Below are positions 36,296 through 43,001 of a stretch of 43,001 bases of DNA, piece after piece. The number at the start of each line of letters is the position of its first letter. Positions within the stretch are counted from its first letter, which is position 1. The notes beneath the pieces were generated by a model, which saw only the letters and a program-made list of their open reading frames with translations, made no database searches and had not been told where the DNA came from. Source of the DNA: a virus (Duplodnaviria; Caudoviricetes); IMG/VR virus record IMGVR_UViG_3300026825_000002, positions 1 through 43,001 of that record; one strand, written 5' to 3'. Both the position numbers and the translations under genes were made by a program.

Positions 36296-36912
36296 GGCGT
36301 CACCTCCTTCGCCTCGGGCTGGCCGAGCACGGTGTTGCTGTTCGGATCGAAGACGAGGTGCGTGCGCAGGATGCGCGGCGGCTCGGCGCCGAGATTGCGC
36401 ACGAAGTGGAACTCGGCCTCATGCCCGCGGCCGCCGCCCGCCTTGAGGCGCGCGAGCACGCCCACCTCGGCAAGGTGGCGGACGTACCGCTGCACGGTCG
36501 GCCGCGGGATGGCCCGTAGCTCGGTGCTGGCGGCTTCCTGCAACGCCGACACCGTGAAGCGCTTGAGCATCTTCATGGTGCGCCAGAGCGTTTCGGTGGC
36601 CGTCTCGGGAAAGGCGCTGCCGTCGCGGGCGAGCCGGGGCGCATCGCGCGAGGTGCGGGTGAGCCGGTAATGATAGCGGCCGTGGCGGATGCCGCGCACC
36701 GCCTCAACATGGTCGACCGCGAGATAGCCGGCCTTGACGAGGCGCTTCACATAGTCGGCGACGGTCGCCTCGTGGACATTCGTCTCGCCGACGATGTCGG
36801 CCAGGGTGAAGGTGCCTTGCTCGGCGGCGCGCTGGATGAGCTGCCAGAAGCCCGCATGGCCGCGCGGCACGCGAAGGTGCATGGCGACGTGTTCGACGAG
36901 AGGACGGCGCAT
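36292..36912 (-). CDS. Tandem winged-helix DNA-binding protein
   Basis: Two repeats of FT..L...TV..YV..L...G.L; follows MuB. Confidence 0.75.
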   Translation of the reverse strand: MRRPLVEHVAMHLRVPRGHAGFWQLIQRAAEQGTFTLADIVGETNVHEATVADYVKRLVKAGYLAVDHVEAVRGIRHGRYHYRLTRTSRDAPRLARDGSAFPETATETLWRTMKMLKRFTVSALQEAASTELRAIPRPTVQRYVRHLAEVGVLARLKAGGGRGHEAEFHFVRNLGAEPPRILRTHLVFDPNSNTVLGQPEAKEVTP

Positions 36913-37586
36913 TATGCGGCCCTCCCCAGGCGGCGGCTCTCCTCCAGCTCGCGGGCGAAGCGCACGACAATGCGCCGCGTGTTGCCGCGCTCGGCATCGA
37001 CGATCTGCGCGAGGCGGGCGTCGTCGATGTCCAGCTCGGGGCAGTAGCTGCGGGCGAGCAGGCGGGCGTCCTCGACGTCGCAGGGCACGGCCTGGACGAA
37101 CTCGAGCATGCGGTTGTGGACCCGCTCGAAGGCCTCCAGCTGGCCCGGCAGGGTCTCCTCGCCGATCAGGATGACCGGGGCGAGGCTCTTGTCGTGCAGC
37201 TCGCGCAGCAGGTCGACGAAGCGCTTCTGCGCGATGAAGTGCGCCTCGTCGACGATGAGCGGGCGCATCGGATCGGCCGCGAGCACCATGATGGCCTGCT
37301 CGACCATGTCGGCGATGGCGCCGCGCGGGCGCTGCCCCAGCTCGACCAGGATGGAGCGCAGGAGGCTCTTGGCGGTCGTGAACTGCCCCACCTCGACATA
37401 GGTGGCGCGGGTGACGTTGGCCCCGTAGGTGGCCGCCTTGGTCTTGCCGAGGCCGGAGCGCCCGAAGAAACAGGCCATGCCCGGCAGGTCCGGCGCGCGG
37501 TTGATCACGCGCTTGATCAGGCCGTTGAACGCGGCGACGTTCTTGAGGGGAGCCGGCTTCTTGACCGTTTGTGCGTCGACTGTCAT
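36912..37586 (-). CDS. MuB-like AAA+ transposition ATPase
   Basis: Walker A GRSGLGKT, Walker B LIVDEAH, VILIGEE; GAGGA SD before ATG 37586. Confidence 0.93.
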   Translation of the reverse strand: MTVDAQTVKKPAPLKNVAAFNGLIKRVINRAPDLPGMACFFGRSGLGKTKAATYGANVTRATYVEVGQFTTAKSLLRSILVELGQRPRGAIADMVEQAIMVLAADPMRPLIVDEAHFIAQKRFVDLLRELHDKSLAPVILIGEETLPGQLEAFERVHNRMLEFVQAVPCDVEDARLLARSYCPELDIDDARLAQIVDAERGNTRRIVVRFARELEESRRLGRAA

Positions 37587-37607
37587 GCTTTCCTCGGTTC
37601 GACTTTC

Positions 37608-37637
37608 GGCCCGGCCTTCGTGCCGGGCCTTCTTCTT
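37608..37637 (+). terminator. Intrinsic terminator oriented antisense to the early operon
   Basis: GGCCCGGC-CTTCGT-GCCGGGCC followed by TTCTTCTT, between A and B. Confidence 0.5.
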
Positions 37638-37641
37638 GGGC

Positions 37642-39852
37642 TCACGCAAACAACCACTCGTCCCCGAAGTCCCGGTGGAGATCCTGGTGGGCGAGGTACT
37701 CGGCACTCGTCTGGTAGCGGCCGAGCCACAGCGCCTCGTCGGTCGAGACGCCCTGGCCGGCGGCAATCCGGCGCTCCAGTTCCACCGCGCGGCGGAAGCG
37801 GTGCTTCGGCTGCTCGGGGAAGGCTTTCACGGTGCTCTCAGGGGCCGGCACCGGAGCATCGGCCTCGGCCGCGGCGACCAGCTCGGCGTGGATGGCGGCA
37901 TCGTCCGGCCGCAGCTCGACCGGGCGCGCGTGACGCGGCGTCATCGCCTCGATCGCCGCCTCGATCTGCGGCGTGGTGTGCTCGACGCGCGGCTTCGGCA
38001 GCTCGACCAGCTTGCCGGCGTCGCGGGCGGCCTGCCGCATGACGAGATCGGCAAGGCGCGGCCCCTTGGCGAGCTTCTTCACCTCGGCCTTCACGGGCGC
38101 CATGCGCTCGTCGATGATGCGCTTCTGCTCGGCCTTGACCGCGCGCACCGCGGCCGCCGGATCGATGCCGGCGAGGACGGGACAGGTCGCCTCGCCGAGG
38201 AATTCGTCGCCCTCGGGCGTGAACAGATATGCGCGGCCGAGGTCGGCGGGATCCATGCGCACGAGCACGCGGGTCTCGGGCATGAGATGCGGCACGAGAT
38301 ACCAGTTGTGATCGATGCGGATGCCCGACTTGCTGACGGTGCGTATGCCGTCACGGCCGGCGATCGGCATGAGCAGGATGTCGAGGGCGCGCTCGTCGAC
38401 GGTGCGGATGGCCTCGCGCGACGCGCTGACCAGCTCGAAGGGCGTGCGCTTGCCGAGTCCGGCGTGCGGCTCGTGCATGTACATGGCCTCGACCCAGCGG
38501 TCGCATTCGCGCTGCAGGTCGGCGCCGGTCAGCGCTACGCAGAACGTCTCGGCCGGATCCTCGCCCAGGCGGGCGGCGAAGGCCTTGCGCTGCTCGATCT
38601 GCTTCCGGTCGGCCACGTCATGGCCGATGAAGCCTTCCAGCAGCGGCATGAGGCCGCGCTGCAGGGTGCCGATGGCGCGCTCGACGAAGGCCTTTTCCTC
38701 GGGCGTGAACGGCTGGGAATAGGACACGTCGATGCCGAGGTTCGCCATCAGCATCGTCGTCTGCCGGGCCGTGAAATCGCTGCCGTTGTCGGTCTTCACC
38801 CGATCCGGCGCGCCCCAGGCGAGGACGGTGCGCCGCATCAGGGCACAGACGGCGGCGGCGCGCGGCGTCCGGCTGACCGAGATCAGCAGGCGACGCGAAT
38901 AGACGTCGATCGCGGCATAGATCGAGTGTCGCCCGTCCGAGCACAGCACGTCGGCCGGCGAGGCGTCGATCATCCAGAGCTGGTTGAGGCGCGTGACGTG
39001 CCGGTAGGAGTTGCGGCCCGATGCGCGATACTTCGACTTGAAGGCGTCCGGGTTGGTGAGGGCTGTCAGCTCGACCTTCAGCTCTTCCTTCCATCGGCCG
39101 ATCGCCCACTGGATGGTGCGCAGAGGCGGCACGGGAACGCGGCGGATCTCGCCGTGCCGTGAAACGAGGTCGAGCCCGCCTTCAAACTGCGCTTCAAGCG
39201 CGCGCCGGAGGTGCTTCGCGGTGAGGTGCGGCTGCTTGACCAGGAGCGCCAGCAGGAAGGTCTTCACCTCGCCGCCGTTGGCCTGATCGAGAACGCCGCA
39301 GCCCTTCCGCGCTGCCGCCTTGTCGACGCCGAGGCGCTTGGTGCGCCCGTCGCGGCGGGCTGCCCGCCACCGAAACAGCGTCGAGGGCGTGATCGAGCGG
39401 ACATGGCGCCGGATCCAGTCCGCGACTTCGATGCGGTCGGAATTGTAGAGGTCGCAGAAGTGCTGATCCGCGAGGCGCTTGGTGACGCCCGACTCGGCAA
39501 TGTAGCGATCGAGGATCTGCAGAAGCGCTAGGCGCGCGTCCCGTGCTTCCGCTACCCGGCCGCACAGGTCCGAAGTCTCGGGCTCTGCCGGTGACGGCGA
39601 GGCCTGCAGGACAACAGGCACCTCGACGGCCTGAAGGTGGCGGCCGAGATAGGCGGCGCGGGCCTCGGCCGGCAGCGCTTCGAGCGGGTACTCACGCCCG
39701 CCGCCGCGGCCGATGCGGTCGCGGGAGGGCCAGCCTTCGCGGGCAGCCATTTTACGGACGCCACGTTCGGTTTCGGGCAGCGACGGGAGCTGCGCCTCGG
39801 CAAGTTCGCTCGCCGTCAGCCATTGTTTCACCGGGGAGATAGGAGCGTTCAC
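37642..39852 (-). CDS. MuA-like DDE transposase
   Basis: N-terminal Mu DNA-binding domain (WLTASELA...GRGGGREY); IDASPAD, KTDNGSDF, KAFVER catalytic triad; GTG 39852 overlaps the upstream TGA (alternative start 39867). Confidence 0.96.
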   Translation of the reverse strand: MNAPISPVKQWLTASELAEAQLPSLPETERGVRKMAAREGWPSRDRIGRGGGREYPLEALPAEARAAYLGRHLQAVEVPVVLQASPSPAEPETSDLCGRVAEARDARLALLQILDRYIAESGVTKRLADQHFCDLYNSDRIEVADWIRRHVRSITPSTLFRWRAARRDGRTKRLGVDKAAARKGCGVLDQANGGEVKTFLLALLVKQPHLTAKHLRRALEAQFEGGLDLVSRHGEIRRVPVPPLRTIQWAIGRWKEELKVELTALTNPDAFKSKYRASGRNSYRHVTRLNQLWMIDASPADVLCSDGRHSIYAAIDVYSRRLLISVSRTPRAAAVCALMRRTVLAWGAPDRVKTDNGSDFTARQTTMLMANLGIDVSYSQPFTPEEKAFVERAIGTLQRGLMPLLEGFIGHDVADRKQIEQRKAFAARLGEDPAETFCVALTGADLQRECDRWVEAMYMHEPHAGLGKRTPFELVSASREAIRTVDERALDILLMPIAGRDGIRTVSKSGIRIDHNWYLVPHLMPETRVLVRMDPADLGRAYLFTPEGDEFLGEATCPVLAGIDPAAAVRAVKAEQKRIIDERMAPVKAEVKKLAKGPRLADLVMRQAARDAGKLVELPKPRVEHTTPQIEAAIEAMTPRHARPVELRPDDAAIHAELVAAAEADAPVPAPESTVKAFPEQPKHRFRRAVELERRIAAGQGVSTDEALWLGRYQTSAEYLAHQDLHRDFGDEWLFA

Positions 39853-40316
39853 CGGCGGGCCCTCCACTCCGCATCGGCGGCAGCGATTTGGCGCTCGAGT
39901 TCGTCCTTCAGCTCCTTGGCGCGCTCCCGTTTGAGCAGAGCTTCGTAGCGGCTGGGCACAGCAATGAGAGCAGCTGCATCGAGCAGGGCATTAAGAGGCC
40001 GCTCGTCGCCGGTGACGGACACAAGAGCAATGAGGCGCGTGGCCGAGATCTGATGCGTGCCGGCCTTGGCTTGGCTGGCATAGGCTTCCAGCATCGACAC
40101 CGGGACATCCTCACCGAGAAATTCCGACATGCGCCGCGCAACGACCTCTCGGGAGAGGCCGCAGTCGCGCAGGCACTGCGACACGGCGCGCGACAGGCGG
40201 GCGGCAAGAGTGCCAGCCCGCACGACCTCCTCGCCGAACCGCGCCACGACAGGCGACGGCGCGAAGTCGCGGAAGAGGTCGAGCGTGTTGGTGTCGCGCT
40301 GCCGGGCCATGGTCAC
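39849..40316 (-). CDS. Hypothetical DNA-binding protein upstream of transposase
   Basis: LSREVVARRMSEFLGEDV..SMLEAYAS; coupled to MuA; alternative start ATG 40310. Confidence 0.78.
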   Translation of the reverse strand: MTMARQRDTNTLDLFRDFAPSPVVARFGEEVVRAGTLAARLSRAVSQCLRDCGLSREVVARRMSEFLGEDVPVSMLEAYASQAKAGTHQISATRLIALVSVTGDERPLNALLDAAALIAVPSRYEALLKRERAKELKDELERQIAAADAEWRARR

Positions 40317-40723
40317 CCTCGCCCGAAAGGGGCCGGGCGGGCGGAACCCGCCCGGCCAAGGCTAGGGAGGAAACGCCCATAGAGGGCACGGGTTAGCCCC
40401 GCCACCGACCACTGACGCAGGTCGCGCGCTCCCCCTACACTCGACGCGTCACCAAACGAGTCGGGGAAAGACCGAATGTCGAATGCTGAAGAACGAACAA
40501 AACGTCTGTTGGAGCGCCGGGCCGCGGCGCTGGAAAAGGGCGTGCAATACGCCTTCTGGCGCCACCGCATCGCGGATGCGGTGGTCACCCTCGTCGAGCG
40601 TGACGGCGACGTTTCGCTAGACGCTCTGATGGCGGAATTGGCGGCCGCTGCGGAGCGCAGCGAGCCGGTAGTGGTCGACGGCGTCCAACTTGACCCTGCC
40701 GGGAAATCCTTAGCGGCCGCCAT
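40313..40723 (-). CDS. Possible bridge ORF across antisense gene and sRNA
   Basis: GGAG SD, ATG 40723 inside the end of the upstream gene, GTGA overlap at its 3' end. Confidence 0.25.
   Translation of the reverse strand: MAAAKDFPAGSSWTPSTTTGSLRSAAAANSAIRASSETSPSRSTRVTTASAMRWRQKAYCTPFSSAAARRSNRRFVRSSAFDIRSFPDSFGDASSVGGARDLRQWSVAGLTRALYGRFLPSLGRAGSARPAPFGRG
40326..40390 (-). ncRNA. MmgR/suhB (alpha-r8)-like small RNA
   Basis: GCCC-TCTAT-GGGC hairpin, GTTTCCTCCCTAG core, 11-bp terminator stem GGCCGGGCGGG/CCCGCCCGGCC then CCTTT. Confidence 0.7.
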
Positions 40724-40766
40724 CGAGCATCTCCGCGAGGCGATCGCCGTGCACAAAGGCGAGTAG
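40476..40766 (+). CDS. Hypothetical antisense cargo protein (96 aa)
   Basis: CTGACG-18-TACACT promoter-like sequence; GGGGA SD; protein-like sequence. Confidence 0.65.
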   Translation: MSNAEERTKRLLERRAAALEKGVQYAFWRHRIADAVVTLVERDGDVSLDALMAELAAAAERSEPVVVDGVQLDPAGKSLAAAIEHLREAIAVHKGE

Positions 40767-41009
40767 GAAAATGACTTCGTCGACCTGATCGGGCGGCAGG
40801 GTGTCGGCTAAGTCTCGCAGGATCTGGCGGGTGCCCCCACCGGCTCCTTCGTCGGCGAAGTCCACCAGCGACGTGCGGGCAGCGCTCGTCAGCTCGAAGC
40901 TGCCGGCCTGTTCGCGGCAAAAGCGTGCGAAGGCCGCGAGGCGGCGTCGGCGAGCACCGGCTGCAGTATGCCAGCCGCGAGGCACAGCAGCGTGTTGCAG
41001 GTCGCTCAT
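40710..41009 (-). CDS. Hypothetical protein (99 aa)
   Basis: ATGA overlap with the upstream small gene. Confidence 0.55.
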   Translation of the reverse strand: MSDLQHAAVPRGWHTAAGARRRRLAAFARFCREQAGSFELTSAARTSLVDFADEGAGGGTRQILRDLADTLPPDQVDEVIFLLAFVHGDRLAEMLDGGR

Positions 41010-41182
41010 TGGAAGCCCCGCACAAGGCGTACGAGCCGCTCGGCCTCATTGGCCCAAACCCACACGGCGCCAACGAACAGCGCGAGGCACACCAACTCGA
41101 AGGCGTCGCGGGCGAAGGCGCGCGTTGTAGGCAGAAAATGCCTGTCTGGCCGCTGGCGATTTTCAGACGGGGAACGCGTCAT
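41006..41182 (-). CDS. Small single-TM protein (58 aa, absent from the ORF track)
   Basis: MTRSPSE...FELVCLALFVGAVWVWANE...GFQ; ATGA overlaps at both ends. Confidence 0.65.
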   Translation of the reverse strand: MTRSPSENRQRPDRHFLPTTRAFARDAFELVCLALFVGAVWVWANEAERLVRLVRGFQ

Positions 41183-41475
41183 GCTGCCGCTCCCATGTCA
41201 GGACGCCCATGCACGTTTTGGCTGGTGGCGCCTGTGCGGCACGCGCTATCCTGCGTGCCGGATGATGGTGTCTCGTAGCGATCGGGCCAAAGGTCCGCCG
41301 GTTCGAGGCCGAGAAAGGCGGCGAGTGCCTTCTCACCGGCGAAATGCCGGCGGATGAGGGCCGAGCGACACGCGGAAGGATCGAGCTTTGCATCGGTCGC
41401 GATCTTCGTCAGCGTGCTCTTGCGCCGGTGCACCTCGGCCTTGATGGTGAACCTGTCCCAGCGTTTGCGGGCCAT
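41179..41475 (-). CDS. ner: Ner-like transcriptional regulator
   Basis: WDRFTIKAEVHRR..TL...GEKALAAFLG....LWPDRY; divergent from the repressor. Confidence 0.92.
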   Translation of the reverse strand: MARKRWDRFTIKAEVHRRKSTLTKIATDAKLDPSACRSALIRRHFAGEKALAAFLGLEPADLWPDRYETPSSGTQDSACRTGATSQNVHGRPDMGAAA

Positions 41476-41574
41476 CTCATTCTCCGGATCGTCCGGCCCT
41501 GGCAGGGGCCGGTTTTTTCGGTCTTTCGGGTGCACGTTCGTGCTCCCGTTCGTGTGCACGGTGGAGACAAGATG

Positions 41575-41704
41575 TCGATTTTTGTCGTGATTCGCAACGA
41601 TAAAAGTCGAGTTCCGGGTTGCCGGAGGTCGATTATCGACGGTGAATGCCGATTTATATCGTCATTCCAGGGGGTTGCTTGATGTCGGAACCGACTTTTG
41701 GCGG
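41575..41704. promoter_or_regulatory. Immunity operator array between ner and repressor
   Basis: TCGATTTTTGTCGT (41575-88), inverted copy (41597-610), CCGATTTATATCGT (41649-62), CCGACTTTTGGCGG (41691-704); palindrome GTCGATTATCGAC (41628-40). Confidence 0.7.
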
Positions 41705-42167
41705 GTCCGGCGCGGTTCCGGGTTGGACGCCGGAATTCGGAACCCGCCTTCGAGCTATTTGCGATCAGATTGGGGGGCTTTCGAAGGCGTCGAAAATTGC
41801 CGGTGTGACGGCCGAGCAAATCGCCAAATGGCGTGATGGAGTGGCGCGCCCGCCGCTGTTCCCTGTCGCGTCACTCGCGGTCGCTGCAGGCGTGTCCTTG
41901 GATTGGATCGTGACCGGAGGTCGACAAGGGGACGGCCGCTCCGAAAGAGTGCCGGTCGAAAGTCGATCGACAATTCGTGCCGATATTCTCGGGGAGACCC
42001 TGGGAATTATCGAGGAATGGCTGGCGGTAAACAATCGCACACTAGAACCAAACAAAAAGTCGGAAATTGTATCAAAGCTTTATCAATTGATTATAGAGGA
42101 AATTGAGGCAGGGGAGAATCACATCGACAAGCGAACAGCACATAGATTTTTGCGACTTGTTGTCTGA
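41682..42167 (+). CDS. Phage repressor (XRE-type HTH)
   Basis: FGTRLRAI...ASKIAGVTAEQIAKW...LAVAAGVSLDWIVTG; divergent from ner; alternative start 41646. Confidence 0.88.
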   Translation: MSEPTFGGSGAVPGWTPEFGTRLRAICDQIGGLSKASKIAGVTAEQIAKWRDGVARPPLFPVASLAVAAGVSLDWIVTGGRQGDGRSERVPVESRSTIRADILGETLGIIEEWLAVNNRTLEPNKKSEIVSKLYQLIIEEIEAGENHIDKRTAHRFLRLVV

Positions 42168-42179
42168 GGCTCCCGCGTC

Positions 42180-42410
42180 ATGACATCGAGGCAAACAATG
42201 AATACGTACGATGCCGAGAAAAAGGCCCGCATCTTCGAGACGCTAAGGCATGTATTGGATGAAGGGGGATTTGAGAGCCGGAAGTCCGACAATAGGCAGC
42301 CGCCTCGACGGACAAGGCGCCGAGCGCGAAATGCAAATCCGATAACATTGAATATCAGCGGCGACATGACGGGCAATTCGGTCTTCATTGTGGTCGGCAG
42401 CAACGTTTAG
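42180..42410 (+). CDS. Hypothetical protein co-transcribed with the repressor
   Basis: GAGG SD; tight spacing; lower GC. Confidence 0.55.
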   Translation: MTSRQTMNTYDAEKKARIFETLRHVLDEGGFESRKSDNRQPPRRTRRRARNANPITLNISGDMTGNSVFIVVGSNV

Positions 42411-42419
42411 GAGGCTCGT

Positions 42420-42830
42420 GTGAGAAGGCTCGTGATAGTGGCCGCTTCGCTTGCGCTTGTGGGGAGCAGCGCGATGCCCGCGAAGGCTGTCGATCTTGAG
42501 CAGAAGCTCTTTGCGCAGTCCTTAGTGGATGCGGAGGAGATGATAGCCTTATCTATCGAAACGGCAGATTTTGAGACGCTTAAGGACTATGAGTTCCGAT
42601 TGTCGCGCCAGCTCGGCCAAGTTCCGGTGTTTGATGGTCTTGGTTTAATGTGCGCGTTCGCTGCCCAGTCACTGCTTAATATCACGTTGGATATCAAGCT
42701 TCCGCCGGCGCGTGCCGTCAAAGCCTATGACGGCAACCGACGTGACTTCGTTGCCTACATGAAGGATTGTGCAAAATATACCGGTGTTCGGTTCAAGGTC
42801 CAGTTGCCGCGATCCCTTGCTCGCAGGTGA
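42420..42830 (+). CDS. Secreted/periplasmic hypothetical protein
   Basis: AGGAGG SD; Sec signal peptide MRRLVIVAASLALVGSSAMPAKA; two Cys. Confidence 0.75.
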   Translation: MRRLVIVAASLALVGSSAMPAKAVDLEQKLFAQSLVDAEEMIALSIETADFETLKDYEFRLSRQLGQVPVFDGLGLMCAFAAQSLLNITLDIKLPPARAVKAYDGNRRDFVAYMKDCAKYTGVRFKVQLPRSLARR

Positions 42831-43001
42831 TCTTGCGCCGTGCGGTTGGCGGCAGCGGACTCGCATCCGATATTGCGCCGCCAACTGCGCTCGCCGCACC
42901 GCCGATATGGCCCGCAACGCTATATTCAGCCGGCGGTTGCGCCCGTTCTATCCCGCTTAATCCCGGCTGGTCCCGGCTAGCACCTGTTCTTGCACTTCAC
43001 A
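42821..43001 (-). repeat. Phage end (Mu attL equivalent): three transposase-binding sites and terminal ACA
   Basis: Reverse-complement copies of the 18-bp end repeat at 42978-42995, 42861-42878 and 42821-42838 (13/18, 14/18, 16/18 matches to the copy at 29-46). Confidence 0.85.

Larger units (their letters stand above)
1..43001 (-). mobile_element. Complete Mu-like transposable phage/prophage with P2-type contractile tail
   Basis: TG...CA termini, 18-bp end repeats at both ends, MuA/MuB, ner, c, Mor/C, Mu-type head genes, contractile tail genes; no obviously disrupted core ORFs. Confidence 0.96.

Noticed and set aside
1-43001. CRISPR array, rRNA, IS insertion or target-site duplication
   Set aside because: No regularly spaced repeat-spacer array or IS found; host flanks are outside the window so a duplication cannot be assessed

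Overview
The window is one apparently complete, intact Mu-like transposable (pro)phage of 43,001 bp. It runs exactly from 5'-TGT to ACA-3', with transposase-binding repeats at both ends and no host flank. It is shown in reverse of the Mu convention (repressor end on the right, most genes on the minus strand). GapR, a CtrA-like domain, an MmgR/suhB-like sRNA and high GC point to an alphaproteobacterial, probably rhizobial-type, host. Modules from right to left: repressor/ner switch; MuA transposase, MuB ATPase and semi-essential early genes (DUF3164, CtrA-like wHTH, GapR, GemA, MT-A70 methylase, Mor/C activator); lysis (GH19 endolysin, holin, spanins); Mu-type head (TerS/TerL, portal, MuF, I/Z, gpT); P2-type contractile tail; and a D12 adenine methylase at the mom position. 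The most unusual content is non-coding: an atypical initiator-like tRNA-Met(CAT) wedged into the head operon just before the capsid gene; a compact structured element directly after a MuF gene that has a nuclease-like extension but no immunity ORF; an MmgR-like sRNA; three near-identical palindromic late promoters; a dispersed TTYRAA-N5-TTYRAA motif; and coupled minus-strand 'bridge' ORFs spanning antisense cargo genes. All family assignments come from motif recognition and synteny, not database searches.
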